DNA of 58,193 nt, the filler included, from Basidiobolus ranarum (lineage: Eukaryota): the NCBI GenBank assembly GCA_040143965.1. It is 4 parts of 4 records of this genome, joined end to end, with 100 filler letters (N's around TTAATTAATTAA, not from the genome) between each part and the next. Parts side by side here need not be neighbours in the genome. Positions count along the whole stretch, not along the records: positions 1 to 14,509 come from JASJQH010007297.1; 3 more parts are not named here. One strand, written 5' to 3'. The position numbers and the translations under genes are program-made. Below, one piece after another: positions 1 to 14,417 of this stretch. Numbering within the stretch: the stretch's first letter is position 1; each line of letters begins with the position of its first letter. The notes beneath the pieces are model-generated. The model was given only the letters and a program-made list of their open reading frames with translations. It was not told where the DNA came from and searched no databases.

Positions 1-450
1 TTCTTCTTCATTTCATCTTTTGCTATCTTTATTCGTTCATTCTTCTTTAAGAGTATGTTTAAGAACACACGTAGCTTGTTTCCGAATTGTAAGGAGATGC
101 CATTCAAGTACGCTGTGTTTATTTTCGTTACTTCATACGAGGCTATTTGATGTGCATACTTTAAGTTAATTGGCTCATATAAACTATGTTGATAGTATAA
201 GTCTCGATGATTGTTGATAAGCTCTTGATAGGTTCTTGACTTTGACGATGCTGTTTGTTTATTTGGTTTGTAAAAATCAACGTTGGAAAAATTTTCTAGG
301 GCAAAGGCAGGGTCATTTTCCAATTCTTGAATAAAAATGTACTTCAAAAAGGTGAACGTGTGCATTACAAGGATATGGACATTAGCCACGAGTGATTTGA
401 GAAGCAGAAGGTACCGTGGCTTCCACCCAATACCAGCGATTGAGCTTTTG

Positions 451-838
451 ACTGCTATAATCTTTAATGGTGGTTCCATAAAGAGAAGAAGAAGAGAAAA
501 AGCAAATTGACCTCTTTTTTAGTTTACAGATAGAGAAGTTTGTTAAGCATATACTCTCAAAAACACCTGATGAGTTACAGCAATGAATTGCACAATTTGT
601 CTACAATTGTTTTGTTCATTTATCTCATAGTCATCTTATTATGTTTGCTTAAGTAGTTGCTTATTTCAGCTGGATTTGGTGGATTTGACTGATTCATTTG
701 TGACAAGGTGCAAGATTGGTAGCTTAGGCACAAGAATGAATGCCAACATGAGAGTGTGAATACAAACAAAAGTGCCCACTGCTCTATAATCTTTAAAGGT
801 GGTTCCATAAAGAAAAGGAAGAGAAAAACGAACTGACG
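451..838. repeat. Imperfect ~60-bp direct repeat (451-512 and 778-838)
   Basis: Both copies share actgct(ct)ataatctttaa(t/a)ggtggttccataaaga...gaagagaaaaa...tgac. Confidence 0.7.
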
Positions 839-989
839 CCATTTCTTTTATTATAACTTTTTCTTAAATACATCACTGATAGCAGATCCAATCGTCTCAT
901 TTTAGAGTAAAACACTGTATAATACATTAAATTTCTCGCATTCGCTAGTGTCATTGAAACCCAAAATCAATCACATCTTGATAATAGTT

Positions 990-3598
990 TTAATACGCTA
1001 GGGGATCGGTGAAGTACCCAGTAGCTCTAGAGACGTATCCTTTGGGAAGCCATAAATAAGGTAACTCACCGACTAAAGCTGGGTGATAGTATGTGGTATC
1101 TTCCATATCTAGTACACCTCCTACGCGTGTAATGGATTGCCATGTTTCCATTCTAGTTGTGGGATCAAATACAGAAGGTGAAATTGGTGTAGATTCTCTA
1201 GGATAGTAAGGGTCTCGTGTTTCTTCCGAATCTGAAGTCACTGTAGCATCTAAATCACTGGCAACATCTAATGATAATACACTAGCATACTCAGCAAAGT
1301 TTTGTTCACAAAAATATCCAAACGCACCAGTAATCAGCACCAAGGGAAAGGTAAAACCAGAAAGCCATTCAACACCTGGGCTAAGCGTAAATATAGCAGT
1401 CATAGTAAGCTGGAATAAGACTAACCCCCAAAGCAAACGCCGGAAGACACAAGGCCAAATACTTCCACCAGAATCGTACCGAGTACGATAGACATAAAGT
1501 AGGTGATGGCGATAAATGGTATATCCTACTAAAAAGTATAAAGTTCCGAAAATACTAACTAAGGGCGCTATCACGGAATAGGTAAGAACAACAATAAAAA
1601 GGAGCATTGGCATTGAATACAGAACCCCATAGTTCACAAACACAGGTGAGAAATATTCCGAGCGATCGCGGGGAGTTTGCCAGGTTAACTTACTAATCCA
1701 CCCGAATATTAAGCAATCGATACGAGTCAACTCCACTAACGGTAAAACCACAAAACCATGAAGGATAACGTAATTAATGAAGAAAGACGAAACCTAAGCG
1801 GTTTGGTATGAAAACGGTTAGTAATTGTTTACACAAAGATAGTGGAGTTCACATAAGAAAAAATACGTACCTTTGGCAATTCTTCACCTAGTGTTGTTAA
1901 TAATTCACGAGGGTGTTCAAGTAAATCAGGTATCCTTGTTTTAAAGGCCGTACCAGCAACGATAAATACTAGAAGAATGTTTACAAAAATAAAGAGGAAA
2001 TATCTAAAGCAAAGATTAATGTTACTACCAATTGAAATATAACGCATGGGAATATGCTTACTTGCTCATCTGAGCATTCTGAATGCTGCTATATGTTCGC
2101 AATCCTTGAAACCTAGAGAGTGCAGACATAATTCGGGGAACTAAACTGGCAAGCCCAGCAACTGCTATGGTAGGCAGGGAACCTTGTATGAGACCCTTAG
2201 TCCAGGGAGAGAGTGATAGATTTGCTAAGCCAGGGATAATTTCTTCGAGTCTTTCCCAAGTTCCAAGTAAACTAGAGATCAGCACAGAGGGTACTGTCCA
2301 GAAGAGTACTATTAGAGCTACAGCAATATGGACAAACAACGTATGGAAATTTTTCTCCATAGGTTGTATAGTAGCGTTTGGCCAATACATATCTCGAGGC
2401 TCCCGTGCCATCCGAGTAATGAATTGGAATGGCTTGTGGCTATTTAACGTTTGAGCGGCAATATTCGCAGCATTTTGCGTAGTGAAAGTTACAAAAGCTG
2501 AAGAAGCGGGCGGATAATATTGATTTCTTTTTTCTGTTACTTTTTGGTCATAAAATTGGAATTTAGAATAATAGTAGTCAATAGCGTCAACTCGCTTGCC
2601 AAAAAGACCAAATAAACCGAGTTTAATTGTTGGGCGTTTAGTAACAATTTGGTCAAGGTCAAAGGCAGTCCTTAGTTGCGGCAAAAGTGGTTGTGCAAGT
2701 GTGGAATCGACCTCAGACGCAATTTCGGAGTTAGAGCGATTCGATGAACGACGAATTAGCTTCATGTAAGTACGCTCCAATTTATCCAAATATTCGAAGC
2801 GCTTGGTGAGTACTGCTTCAAGTTCACTTACTTCTCTATTCATGACCACATGATCAACCGTACCAACACTTAGCCCGCTGAAATAAGTTGTCAAATTCTC
2901 CTCAGTTCGATAACGGGATGGGATTCCAGTAACTAGAACAGTCCGAGAACGTATGTCAGTTGCAGATTCTCTAAGGAATTTTTGCCGCAGCCTGATGAAT
3001 CTTCGATAATTGCGGTAAAGCAAGTAATATGTGAAAAAGGAGAAAACCCAAGTGAAAACCAGATGGACCTTAAAGTATGCAGATTGATGAGATGATTTGC
3101 TTCTAGTAAAAAGGTCAAATGGGAGGAGAATCAATAGGGACCATAGCATAAAAAAAGCAAAGAGCACTAGTCCCATCTTCCAAAAACGAAGATACTTAAA
3201 GTACAATATATTAGTTATGGTGATTTTTCTACTAAACTATAGTTGCCGTGCTATATATTTACCATGACTGCATCTAATCCAGCTGAGCTCATGATCTCAC
3301 TTTCTTTGATGCGATATAAAGCAGGTATCCAAGTGAATGTGGTGCGCGGCAATGGCGGAAGTGGATTTTGTGGTCTGATGATGACAAAGGAAAAATAGTT
3401 AGAAATGGCATAATCCTTGCTTGCATGATACTAGACAATAACTAACCCTCTCCAGTTGGTTTTGGGTGAGTAAAATTCCTTCCATCTATTTCGTAGTAAG
3501 CAAAAAAATAGCACACAAAGCACAAAAAGAGGTGTTGCGAGTGATAGCTGAGTGATCAGAGGTGTGGCATCTGGTTTTTTAGGTTCTTCGTCCTCCAT
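990..3598 (-). CDS. CSC1/OSCA1-like calcium-permeable stress-gated cation channel (RSN1_TM + PHM7_cyt + RSN1_7TM), multi-exon
   Basis: ORFs 2058-3206, 1829-2047 and 990-1751 join through GT-AG introns. Motifs include RTVLVTGIP, SAFVTF, AREPRDMYWPN and LLYVY..YDSGGSIWP. The ATG at 3598 gives MEDEEPKK...FCLLRNRWKEFYSPK. Confidence 0.93.
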
Positions 3599-4509
3599 TT
3601 CGCACCTTTCACTTTATAAATGTATTTTGAGATATTATTGTTTTGCCTATGCTAATCTAGACTATGGCTGAAAAGCTATGAAGTGTATAAAGGGGAGATA
3701 AATAGTATCCGTAACGAATTGAAGGTTTCAAACTCGGAACTAAAGTGGTCAAGAATTCGAATGCGTGGGTAACGAAATAGATGTGTAAATTTCACAAAAG
3801 CCGTCAAACTACTTAAGTATTCTCCTTAAGAGCAATTTATATTTACTGCATCGAATCAACACTTGACATGTTCATCGTGCCATCAAATTTCTATTTAAGA
3901 TGTTTGTATGATAACATCTGTCATACATTTTTATGCAACGTGTACCTCCATTGTTTGATCCACTTGATGACTAGTTCAGTAGATTTGTATTTTTCATCTC
4001 GGGTTTGATGCCTTTACAGCACAGTTCTTCTTTTGGTTGGCGCAGTATTTGCAATAATAACTGACCTCCACTATGACATGATCTGAAGTCCCGTCATAGC
4101 TTGGGGTCCGTTATCTATGTCACTAAAATCAAGAAACTTCCTGGGATTAATTAAAGCTAATTGATATATTAACTTACTATGATAGATATTGGTAACATAT
4201 GCACACGCACATTCCTTTTGTAAGAGGTGAATACTCGATTGGTTATAACTTGCAGGATGACGATTAAATAAGAAATATTGGCAGGTCCCTTTTCACATCA
4301 CAGCCCCACTGAGCATGTTCACATGTTTGTGTTATGGCCGTACTGTTGTATCCATAAACTATGATTGCTGATCACTGAGGAATGCTCGATTTTATTTCAA
4401 TCCTGTAAGGTATGTAAGGTATTGCTACTCTCAAGTGTAACCAGAGGTATACATCTAGTAAGGTTCGCTTGCTGAGCTAAATTTGGTATATGGATGTCAA
4501 GGGTCTTTT

Positions 4510-5991
4510 CTAGTAGGATAGGGCAATCATGACAAGGGAAGTAAGAATCAAAAGAGAGCTTGCAAACTCATAAGGTGTTAGAGAGATGGCAGAAGAAGTA
4601 GAAGCAATATGGATTGTGTCTAATGAAGTGAACAAATGGAAAGGTTGGAAGAGCCTGGTGATATTGTAGGATGGTCTATAAGCATTTAGAATTTCTTTAC
4701 TAGCTTCCAAATATCTTGGATCGTTGTAGATCACGTAAGCGTTCTGTAGGGTACGTACATATTGAAGAGTAGCACCAAAGCCTTCTACATTCGGGTAAGG
4801 CCAAACAGATTGATTTAAGGAGTATGGCAAGAGGTAGTCTAGAGCTCGTTTTATGCTTTGCCCTTTGCTACCTTTGTAGTGATATAGATCAACACCAACT
4901 TTAGTGCTTAGTGCAGCTAGGTGAAACAGCCCATTTAGATTGAATATGGAGTAGAACCAGGAGGTAGCACGCAAAGTTTCATGCGGCTGTGAACCATCGG
5001 GACTAATTTGAGTGTCAATTCGGCTACTAGTAGCATTCAGAGCTACCTTTGAAGCTAGGTCATCTCGGCCAAGAAACAGAGCAATGGCCATGTATTGAAC
5101 GTCAAAGTAGGTGGCTAATTAAGAATGATTAGTAAACTATAGCAATAGCGCTGATCTTCCTGACACTTACCGTGGTTATTGTGAGAAGTGCGTTCGAGGA
5201 AACCGAGTTCGCTTTTGTCCAGCCATGCCATATACTCCGTAAACCATTCTCGCAGACCGTTGGAAATATCTTCGGTCCAGTTTGATGATTCCTGCAAGTA
5301 TGGGATGACATTAAATAAGTCAGGCAACACGTTTAAATCGATGATCCCTTGTCGGCGTCCAAGATCCTCCCCACGTATATATGAGGCGTATCTCAAATGT
5401 GGGTTCATACGAGTCGAATTATCAACGAACCAAACTTTAAGGTGTTCAATAGCCTTTGACGCATAACTGTCGTTCTCCAGAAAATAGTAGGCTAAGCCTA
5501 GCGACTGAACATCTCGCACCTAAATTATTGAATTATCGGTATCTTATTTCAATTAGGGTAGATATATGAATACTTACCAGGGCACGGAATAACTGATAAT
5601 CCGAAACTGTGTTTATCTCTGGGTTGGAATGACCATCTCGACGTTTATAAGGCAGACCGTTCGGAGACTTCTCATTGGGCCAATAGTATCTGGCAAGTGA
5701 TAGGTAGTCTTGGCGGTTATTACTCGGAGGAAGTTGCGACTTAGTGGTAATGCTATATAACGTGTTGTTACCACAAGCTCTATCTGCCTTCTTTTTTAGC
5801 GTGTAGAATGCATCTTGAAGGTTTGCGTCATACGAGTTCAATTGTCGCTTGTTCTCAGCGAGTATCGAGGGATCTAGGCTGACAAAAGAGAACTTTTCTT
5901 CGACTTTGGCGCTACTAGCCATCCCTACATTCTCCAACAATCCTGTGGTAATCAATAGGATTAATAAGCTACTTCTAGATTTTCCCACCAT
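4510..5991 (-). CDS. Secreted alginate lyase family (PF05426-type) polysaccharide lyase, 3 exons, hydrophobic C-terminus (GPI-like)
   Basis: Motifs DYLSLARYYWPN...GLPYKRRDGHSNPE, WFVD..TRMNPHLRYA, NNH|ATY (across an intron), QISPDGSQPHETLR and FNLNGL. N-terminal hydrophobic leader; Ser/Thr-rich stretch and hydrophobic tail at the C-terminus. Confidence 0.85.
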
Positions 5992-7436
5992 AGCGATTTC
6001 TAATTCTGTCAAAGGGTAGAGCTTGTATCAGGTGTTGGGTGTTCTATGTAATATCGCTCTACAAATACCAAGGAGATTGAGAACAAGGGTGTATAGTATG
6101 CAATAGTAAACGCCTCTGTATGATGTATTCCAATGATTATACTGGAAGCGGTATGTTTATCTTTTATAATATCTCGAAAACTAGGCAGTGTTGGTTTATG
6201 GAATATGAAATTCATTTCGAATATTTCCGATACTGAGTTCCAAGAAATTGAGAATAATTGATGTAAACCTGATAGCTATGCTTATGACAATACCAAGATC
6301 GCTAAGGATATTCAAAGGAAATTACTTGTGATCCTCTCGGCATGTAGTTCTGAATTTTGCAGCGTTATTCAGAGCACAGGCTAATTAAAAGTATCCATAC
6401 AATATCATTGTTGGATGCATGAGGTTACGAATACTCGCATGGTTTTCAAGTAATGGCTGTTTTCAATTGAACCTAGTAATTTCTCTATTGAACTGCGACA
6501 ATGAGATTTAATGCCAATACACCCATCGGCCTATTCGCTGTTGCTGTTCGGTATATGGTACTGAAATTCACAAACCATTACTAATCGGCAAAGAACATAC
6601 CAGATACAAACCTAAGGAGTGACTGAATTAAGTTGATCAGTAAGATCTCGCCTCGTCAATGGTGCTATTAGTTGCATTATATATTGATGTTATCCCTACG
6701 TAAACTCCGAACTTTGGGGTCGGATAATAAAGAATAACCATCAAATCATATTGACATGCCATGATGTTTTGTTGGATACAGCGATTTTTGACTTTAATTA
6801 TTACGGTTGTTATCTAGACTTTGACTAGCTGGTTGCGTTCAGATGACCGCTGGATTAACTTTTACTCTGCTTAACAAGGAATTATTAAAGTAATCTGTCA
6901 CTAAGGAACTTCTGATATCTGTATAGATGTGATAGCCATTCAGTTGACCGTCTAATGCATGCTGTTCTACTATCGCCGATCTAGTTGAAAATAAGAACCT
7001 TCTTTGAAAACCTCTAGAGTTTATATGCTAGTATCAGTGAGATTTTCTTGGTAACTTTTTATCAGAACCTAAACCTCTAGAAGCGGCTGGATATCTGTAA
7101 GATAGATTGGAATGCTAGAATTAGGTATCGTATCTAGATGTCACTTATCTATGTATGCACTGTTCAATACCACAACTATCATTAGCATATAGATAATTCA
7201 TTTAATGACATATTTGATTCAAATAAAAGGTACTAATGTTAAGGCTCGCATTTTCATTACAAGGCTTTATATCAATACTGCATTTATATATTGTGCGCTA
7301 AAGAATTAGGTCTTCGTTTACCCATTCCATTGGAACAATAGGGGGCTTACTCTCAATAAATTTGTCAGTGTTTTTCCATTGGCAGTGTTGTCAAGTTAAT
7401 AATTCTACTGCGTCTTAAAGTACTTACATATCAAAC

Positions 7437-8945
7437 ATGAAATTTATCCGCATGGAGCACGAAGATAGTGACAATAGACTATCAAGAGCTTCGCTAAACC
7501 TACCAAACTTTAACGCTGTTCTTGCGGCACATATTTCATGCATGATAGTTAGCCACGGCTTTGTTACCCCTATCTGGTTTGTTCCTTCAAGTCAAGTATT
7601 GAACCAACCTTTTTTAACACATTCGTTTGCGTTAATATGTCTTGTATTTGGACTGATTCGCTCACGTTGGCATGTTTCGACTCAAGTGTTTGGTACTATT
7701 TTGGCCTGTATTGGTTTCTTTCTAGGAGTCATACACGAAGTGGCCACTGATCATCATCAGGAACACAGTCATCGTAATCCTCAGTCATCTTTTGCTTGGG
7801 TCATGTTCTTCGCCTTGGTGTTACAAGGATCTTGTGGCCGTTACTTGAAATGCCATAAACAGCCTATTTCGGATCTACGTAAAAGCGTCAAAAAAATTCA
7901 CAAGTACCTTGGTACCTCTACGAGTATCTCGGCGTACATTCAAATGGAATTAGGTGCTATTGTTTACTATGATATGTGTAAAGAAGACCATTTGGGACAA
8001 TGCTTAGCACATTTCATTATGGGCTCCTCTTTCGTTGCCTATGGCATAGTTCTTTTAATCGTTGCCAGAGCTGGTAACAAATACATGTAGAATTTAGGTA
8101 AGTCACAGGAATTCTGGGATGGATGAATCATGACACTATGGGGAATAGTCAACACTTTTACTGAACATCGGTATACATTTTGTATAAAAAAATTGAACTT
8201 TTAATTATTTTTAATAATTTAATTACTAAACTTTAGATGGAATGAAGGTTGGAGCCATGGTGATTTGTAGAACACTTCCCTTGGTTTATTATGGTGGTTT
8301 GGTGGTATGCTGGGCCTCTTCATGACTTATCCCAATGGCCAAAGTCGCAACGTTATCCCAGTTTTAGTTTTCATTTTTACTGGTATATCTATGGAAATGC
8401 ACGCACAATTAAATTCTACTTCTGGTGTTATCTATTCATTCTTTGGATACTCACTTGCCATCAGCGGAATCGCACATATGTCCACGAGATTCTGGATGTT
8501 GTACTACGGCAAATTCCCAAGACACTCCTTGCAATCTATAAGTGCATTTTGTAAATATTGACCTTTTTTACTAACTTCCATATTTTATGATGAACAAACT
8601 GATTCTAAACTATTCGTTCTATGTTCTAGTTTATGATTCTCTCGGGATGTCTCTTTATAAGCGCTACAGAAGAGATGATTGCATTTTTGAATTGGATCAT
8701 GATTGATGGAACTTCTTACACCAATATGATAATTGGAATTACTCTTTCTAACCATCTATACTCTAATATTAATTACAGTTTACATGGGCAAGAAAGAGGA
8801 TATTAGAAATACTATCGGCTACCAAAATTTTCCTACACAAAACTATAATTCAGACTTAGAGGCAGATGAGGAATCATTTGAAAACTATATCACTACAGGA
8901 CTGGATGATATGGAGATGCATAACATATCTCATGGATTCTCATGA
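7437..8945 (+). pseudogene. YTP1: YTP1-like membrane protein, disrupted
   Basis: Motifs HLGQCLAHFIMGSSFVAYG, NTFTEHR|W and WSHGDL*NTSLGLLWW. In-frame stops TAG 8088-8090, TGA 8124-8126 and TAG 8268-8270, plus an apparent frameshift near 8740. Confidence 0.8.
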
Positions 8946-9727
8946 TAAGAATGATCCAAATGACTGATATCGTACTCGCGTATATATAGCTGAGTTGATT
9001 TGTTGGATGAGCTCATACAAATCTCCTTGTTAATTTATAAACTAGGCTATATTTTCGACAGCAACAGTGTGTACTACACTGGAGACCCTCAATTCTATCT
9101 GTTACTAGTCAAAAAAGCCTTACAATATTCCTCGGGGAGATCATTATAAAAGGGCACTAGTTCTCTGGTCATGACCAAGAAACCCATTATGGTATTGCTT
9201 TATTTGGTAGAACCAGTGTGACAAGCCGATGATGGATCTTCTGGTCGATTTGAGCAGTCCCACTCAAAATATTGCTTTAAATGGCACCTGGGATTAATCA
9301 CTTGCAATATTAAATGCATCAATGCAGACGAGATACTAAAATAAGGCCTGCAGCTAAGAACTGTAACATAGCACTAATCTACAGATGCTTTTCAACAACT
9401 TGTACATCCATTCTATCAACAATTCACCAGAGAAGTATCAATGTCCATCTTTACATTCACTCAAGATGAATCCATGCAAACAAGGGTCGATTGAGAATTG
9501 GTGGTTTGGGTTCGTATTCATTCTGACTTGAATCTGGTTCAAACTCCCAATTTTTATATAGATGAAGTAACAAAAAGTAATCACAAGATGACAACCAAAA
9601 CCAACGCTATAATATATTGAATGAAGAAAATCTCGCATTAAATACCTCCAAATTTAAATGTTATACTGTACAATAAGAAGTAAAGAAAATGGGAATATCT
9701 AGTTCAACAGAATGAATCTCCGATGTC

Positions 9728-10644
9728 TTAACGAAATTCAAATGATGAGGAATGGCGTTGTGGAATGTGTTGTAAAGACAATTGTTGAAACCATTCGGAG
9801 TTCTAGTAAACATATGAACAATGTGCGTTAATCTCTCTGGTCAAACACTTATTCACAAAGCATCAGACATTCTCTATACCTGATGATAATAGAACCCGGT
9901 TATAGTCCCGGTCGATCGTTGAAAACAGACGTAATAGAATCCGGCAAAGCTGGCACCGTGAATGGACCGAACATGATGATCTGGAACTAGGAAATGCTCT
10001 TTCCAGCGCATAAAGATGAAATCATTGTTCATGAAATTGTACTGGAATCCATCTTGATTAAATACTTTGGAAAACTCCCGAAACGCAGGAAATTTAAGCT
10101 GTGGAATACACAAGTTGGTTCGCAAAAGTCGATTAGTATTTGCAATAATCCCAACATGGTGATTTGTGAGTAGATTTACCCAATGCTGTTTATCGATTAA
10201 CTCGTCCGCCTCCCACTTTCTAGTTAAAAATGGATGCTTTGGGCCAATAATTTCCGCGTCAAAAAATGTGGTAAGTTCAGGGAGATCGTCAGTCAGACCT
10301 TTGATGTGTAAATAGCCACATAGATAAGAGTCACTCAAGTCAACATACTGCAAAGGAGAGGAAAGAGAATTAGTAATAAGAATGGTGGTCAACGGTAAAT
10401 TAACACAAAGTACCTGTAGATGCACCTGGACTTCATAGCTGCTTCTGCCACTTCGCTGCTGCCCTATAAAGCTGCTTCCCGAATACAAGGAGCAAGTTCC
10501 GCTGGATGTGAGTCTTATTGAAGAAATGTCAGTAATGATGCGCTTTTTTGATACGTGCTCATCGTTACTCTTCTCCTCAGCGGGAATTGGTTTCCGACCT
10601 GAACCAAAACCAGTTTTCGAAATGAATCCTGAACTAACTGGCAT
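9728..10644 (-). CDS. GID4: GID complex substrate receptor Gid4/Vid24
   Basis: Motifs [52 protein letters not shown] and C-terminal [10 protein letters not shown]...SSSFEFR*. Two introns are read through in the ORF track and a third precedes the last exon. Confidence 0.93.
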
Positions 10645-12805
10645 TTTTGGAGACTCGGAATTCAGGATGAGAGGATAATTTTTTTTGTAAGTGTTTGAGA
10701 ACGAAAATGGTACTGTGCTTTGAGCAAGACTCGGAGATGATTCTGAAATATAGTATGCAAGTCACGCACAGTCTTGCAAAAAAAATTGGACCATTCGAAA
10801 AAAAACCACCTAACAAGTAAAACTAACTCACCTGATCATATTTTCGCACTCTCTTCATAGCACTTTAAGTGGGCGGTTGATTTTCGACAGACCAATGAAT
10901 GGTCACGTCAATCACAGAATAATCGATCGATCATCATTTACCATGCTATCAAGATGGCTTGTGACTTGGGTAGTCCACGCTCGGGAGAATTCCTAGGTTC
11001 ATTTATTTCCTGACCATCCGATGAACATAAATGAAATATCGATATATATATTTGCACTTCCAAAATTAGCCATGTGGATCCCAATTCTTCAGTCATGATC
11101 AGTTCGGGAATACCGTTTGGGATTACTCCAGCTCTATCCATAGAAGCTTTAACCGGTGGGGTCAATGTTTCACTGTAAGCGTTCGTGTCTGGCTGCCAAA
11201 TGGCTAATACACCGTAAACCTTTGGACGTGAGAACCGCCCAAGCAGCCTCTGGAAACATAAGAGTGTACCACTGACTTGGTCTAAGATCTTGGGCTACCA
11301 TTTGGTGAAATGATTTAGCCCCGGATCCATATATATGTATATGGTTGATATAATTTTACACGCGTTCCGGGTGCCTGGAAGCACACATCGATTCCCAATG
11401 TGAGGACCCTGAATCTATTACAGATGTCCTGGCACAGTTGAAAGTAGCAAAGCAACTGGAAATCCAATCTTCGTTTCACTAACTAGCCCAAGCTTCAAGG
11501 TTTAGCGTTACCTAAAAAGCATTTTACTAGCAAGCGTTTGACGTCAACATATGGGCCGATACTATGTAAACAATCATTAGGCCACTTGTACAAATGAACA
11601 AACCAAGATTACTGACTATTCGCTCTACTTCAAGGTGTCACGCGACTCCAATGGAATGAGAGACTACTCGACTATTGGTACTTCAACCAAGGCTTAACTA
11701 TGGGAAGAGATGTGATATGCAGTTACTTTCTATGCCACTTTAATATTGTCGAGTCTGGCGCGAAAATGTGAATCGTAGATGGGGTACCATCTCCTTTTTT
11801 GATCACTCAAGTCACTTGCCCTCAACCGAGCAGCCTCCATATGGTTACTTGGATAGGAGATTGTGATTGGATATGCTTGCCCCTCATTCTAGAAGTATCC
11901 CCAACCGATGGTTGCCTGTATTTGCATCACTACTTTGGCATTCAGCAATCACTAAACAACTATCTAAACATATGGCCAATTTGGTTTAGTCGACTTTCTC
12001 CGTTTATTGATGTCACTGTAAAATTGGGGTGTTTGACACTCAACAGAATACCATAACTGCCAGCAGGTAGTCAGAAATTTACGGCTAACTTGAAGCTTAC
12101 TATTTATATTAGTGATAAGATGCAGAGTGAGTTGAGAATGCTGACCAACGAAAACTCATATATGTAAATATATTTTTACATGTTATCAATGTGTATGGCA
12201 TGCCATAATGATTTGAGATTGCACAATTTACAATGTGTAAATGGGTTTTTGGTTCCAATAAAATAGCTGATTGATGTCTAAGTTGGTTGGATGAAGGTGG
12301 CGACTACTTCCATGAAATCTCAATCTCAGCTAATAAAGATCTAATTTTCCACGTTAAAATTACTAGGTAGGTCACATTGAGTGAGCTTCCCTGTGCCCGT
12401 TTTCTAAGTGGGTTATCACGTAAACCTGAACAAGAACATGGTGGCAGATTCGTACAATTCTCTGCAGTAGTCAAATCTATGCACGCTCTTAAATGAAGAT
12501 CAATATCATAAATAACATCAACATCGATACTTTTCTAAATCCACTTTGGTTCAAATCTAATCGAAGTAAATATTCAATTACGAGCGTACATAGCATAAGG
12601 GGACTCACATCATCGGGAAGTTCATCCCAAATATGCGAGATGTGGGGAATTGGTGTAAATCTCCGGGTCTTGCGCAGTTTACATACAAAATAACTAAAAT
12701 AAAATGAATCCTCAGTAATGGTTGGGAAATGTTATCTCTATCATTTCACAGTCATTTTCGAACTTGACAAGGGTTTCAACATCAGGTCAAGAAGCTAAGA
12801 TAAAC

Positions 12806-13491
12806 ATGAGCCGATCAGCACCAAATCTTCTTGTGAGCTCGGAACGTATCGACGAAGAACCAGAACAACTAGAAGCTGGAACACAACCTAACAATACCCA
12901 AACCGATAAATGGGAAACTGAAGCGGAGCTACCACGGCCGTTTCGTTGGTCATTTGACTCGGTAGCTGAAGAAGAATATCGATCATGGTATATAGGAAGA
13001 GGATTAATTCCATCTTGGAAAAATCCTCATCTAATTCTGGTAGTAGTAACCGCACTCTGTGTTATTTTACTACAATTGTTCATGAACACTGTATTTGAAG
13101 ATTTTCGTATCCACTCAATGAGTGTACCTTCTTATGGTCAAGGGGAGGCTACTTACTATGAACCAGGGTTGGGTGCATGCGAAGTAGTTTCAAGAGCTGA
13201 TGAAATGGTTGCAGCTTTGGTAAGTGCCCAAGTCAATCTTTAGTATGATACACTTCTAACATTTTTACTACACAGAATCCAATTCAGTTTGGGCTCTATC
13301 CTAGGCCAAGAGACAGTCCATCTTGCGGTGTTTGTTTAAATTTAAATGGACCCAAAGGCGTCGTTCAAGTTATAGTAGTTGACTTATGCCCGAGATGCAA
13401 AGAGGGTGATCTTGATATAAGCCCAGCAGCTTTTAGCCAGATTGCTGATCAGCGTGATGGACGCGTTCCAATCACTTGGTCAGTATGTTAG
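12806..13491 (+). CDS. RlpA-like double-psi beta-barrel (expansin-related) protein with N-terminal extension and TM helix
   Basis: GEATYYEPGLGAC...MVAAL | intron 13220-13275 | NP...CGVC...VVDLCPRCKEGDLDISPAAFSQIA...GRVPITW. Confidence 0.85.
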
Positions 13492-14417
13492 TTCCAAATA
13501 GCTTAAAGTAACTATATTTAATAAACATCATGTGAATATTTTGAATTCTTTGTCAAAGTCATTTCAAATCATTTCCTACACAATTTCTCAGCGTACTTGA
13601 AAATCGGAATTGCAACATTGGTTTCGCCATCAGGAATTACAAGGTAAGGCAAACATTGCTGGCATACCTCAGCGAATTCTCGGAAATCGCCTGAATACCA
13701 TGAGCTCATATCGATGTAGACATATCTGATAGATACAGTAAAATGGTAGTAAAAGCTGAACTCTTGGTCAAAGTATTATTATATGACCAAAAACAGTGCT
13801 AAGTCTAGTGCTATATATATCCATATTTCTAGTAATGTGAATATTATTGGTTCTAGCATCATTTCAACTCTAAATTATCCCTAGGCACTAGAACATGGTG
13901 TACAGCTCTGCATTAACTCCTCTGATTTATTAATATCGCTCACAGTTATAATTCTATTCAAAATATAGAGAAGTTCATTTTCTATAATAACGGCTAGTAG
14001 AGATATATTTGCCTGCCTGTAACACTTTCGAGAAAAGTTTGTTAAAATAATAGTCTTGACATTGGTGCATCAACTTAATTCATATATGGTAAATCTGTCG
14101 TAAATATCTTTATAACTTGGATCACTTTGAGGGAAATAATGTAGTTTCATCCAGGTGAATCAATATCTGAATATCCTCTTCACACTCGCATATCTTCTGA
14201 TAAAAAGTGAAACTTCTTTTGACCACCTAGTTTTAGCGTGTGTGGCCATCAATACTAATGGTATTTATACATGAATCAGCATTCCAACTTATTCTATTAA
14301 TATTCAAGCTCTGACTTATGTACTTACCACTAGCCTAGGATATAAGTCCATCGAGGCCTAGCACAGCCAAATAGCCAGTATACCAAGGCAATGCCCTTTT
14401 CTATTTGAGGCTCATAG

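Noticed and set aside
10938-12693. Short ORFs at 10938-11165, 11799-12056 and 12493-12693 (and many antisense ORFs over real genes elsewhere)
   Set aside because: No recognisable motifs, often non-ATG starts; consistent with chance ORFs.
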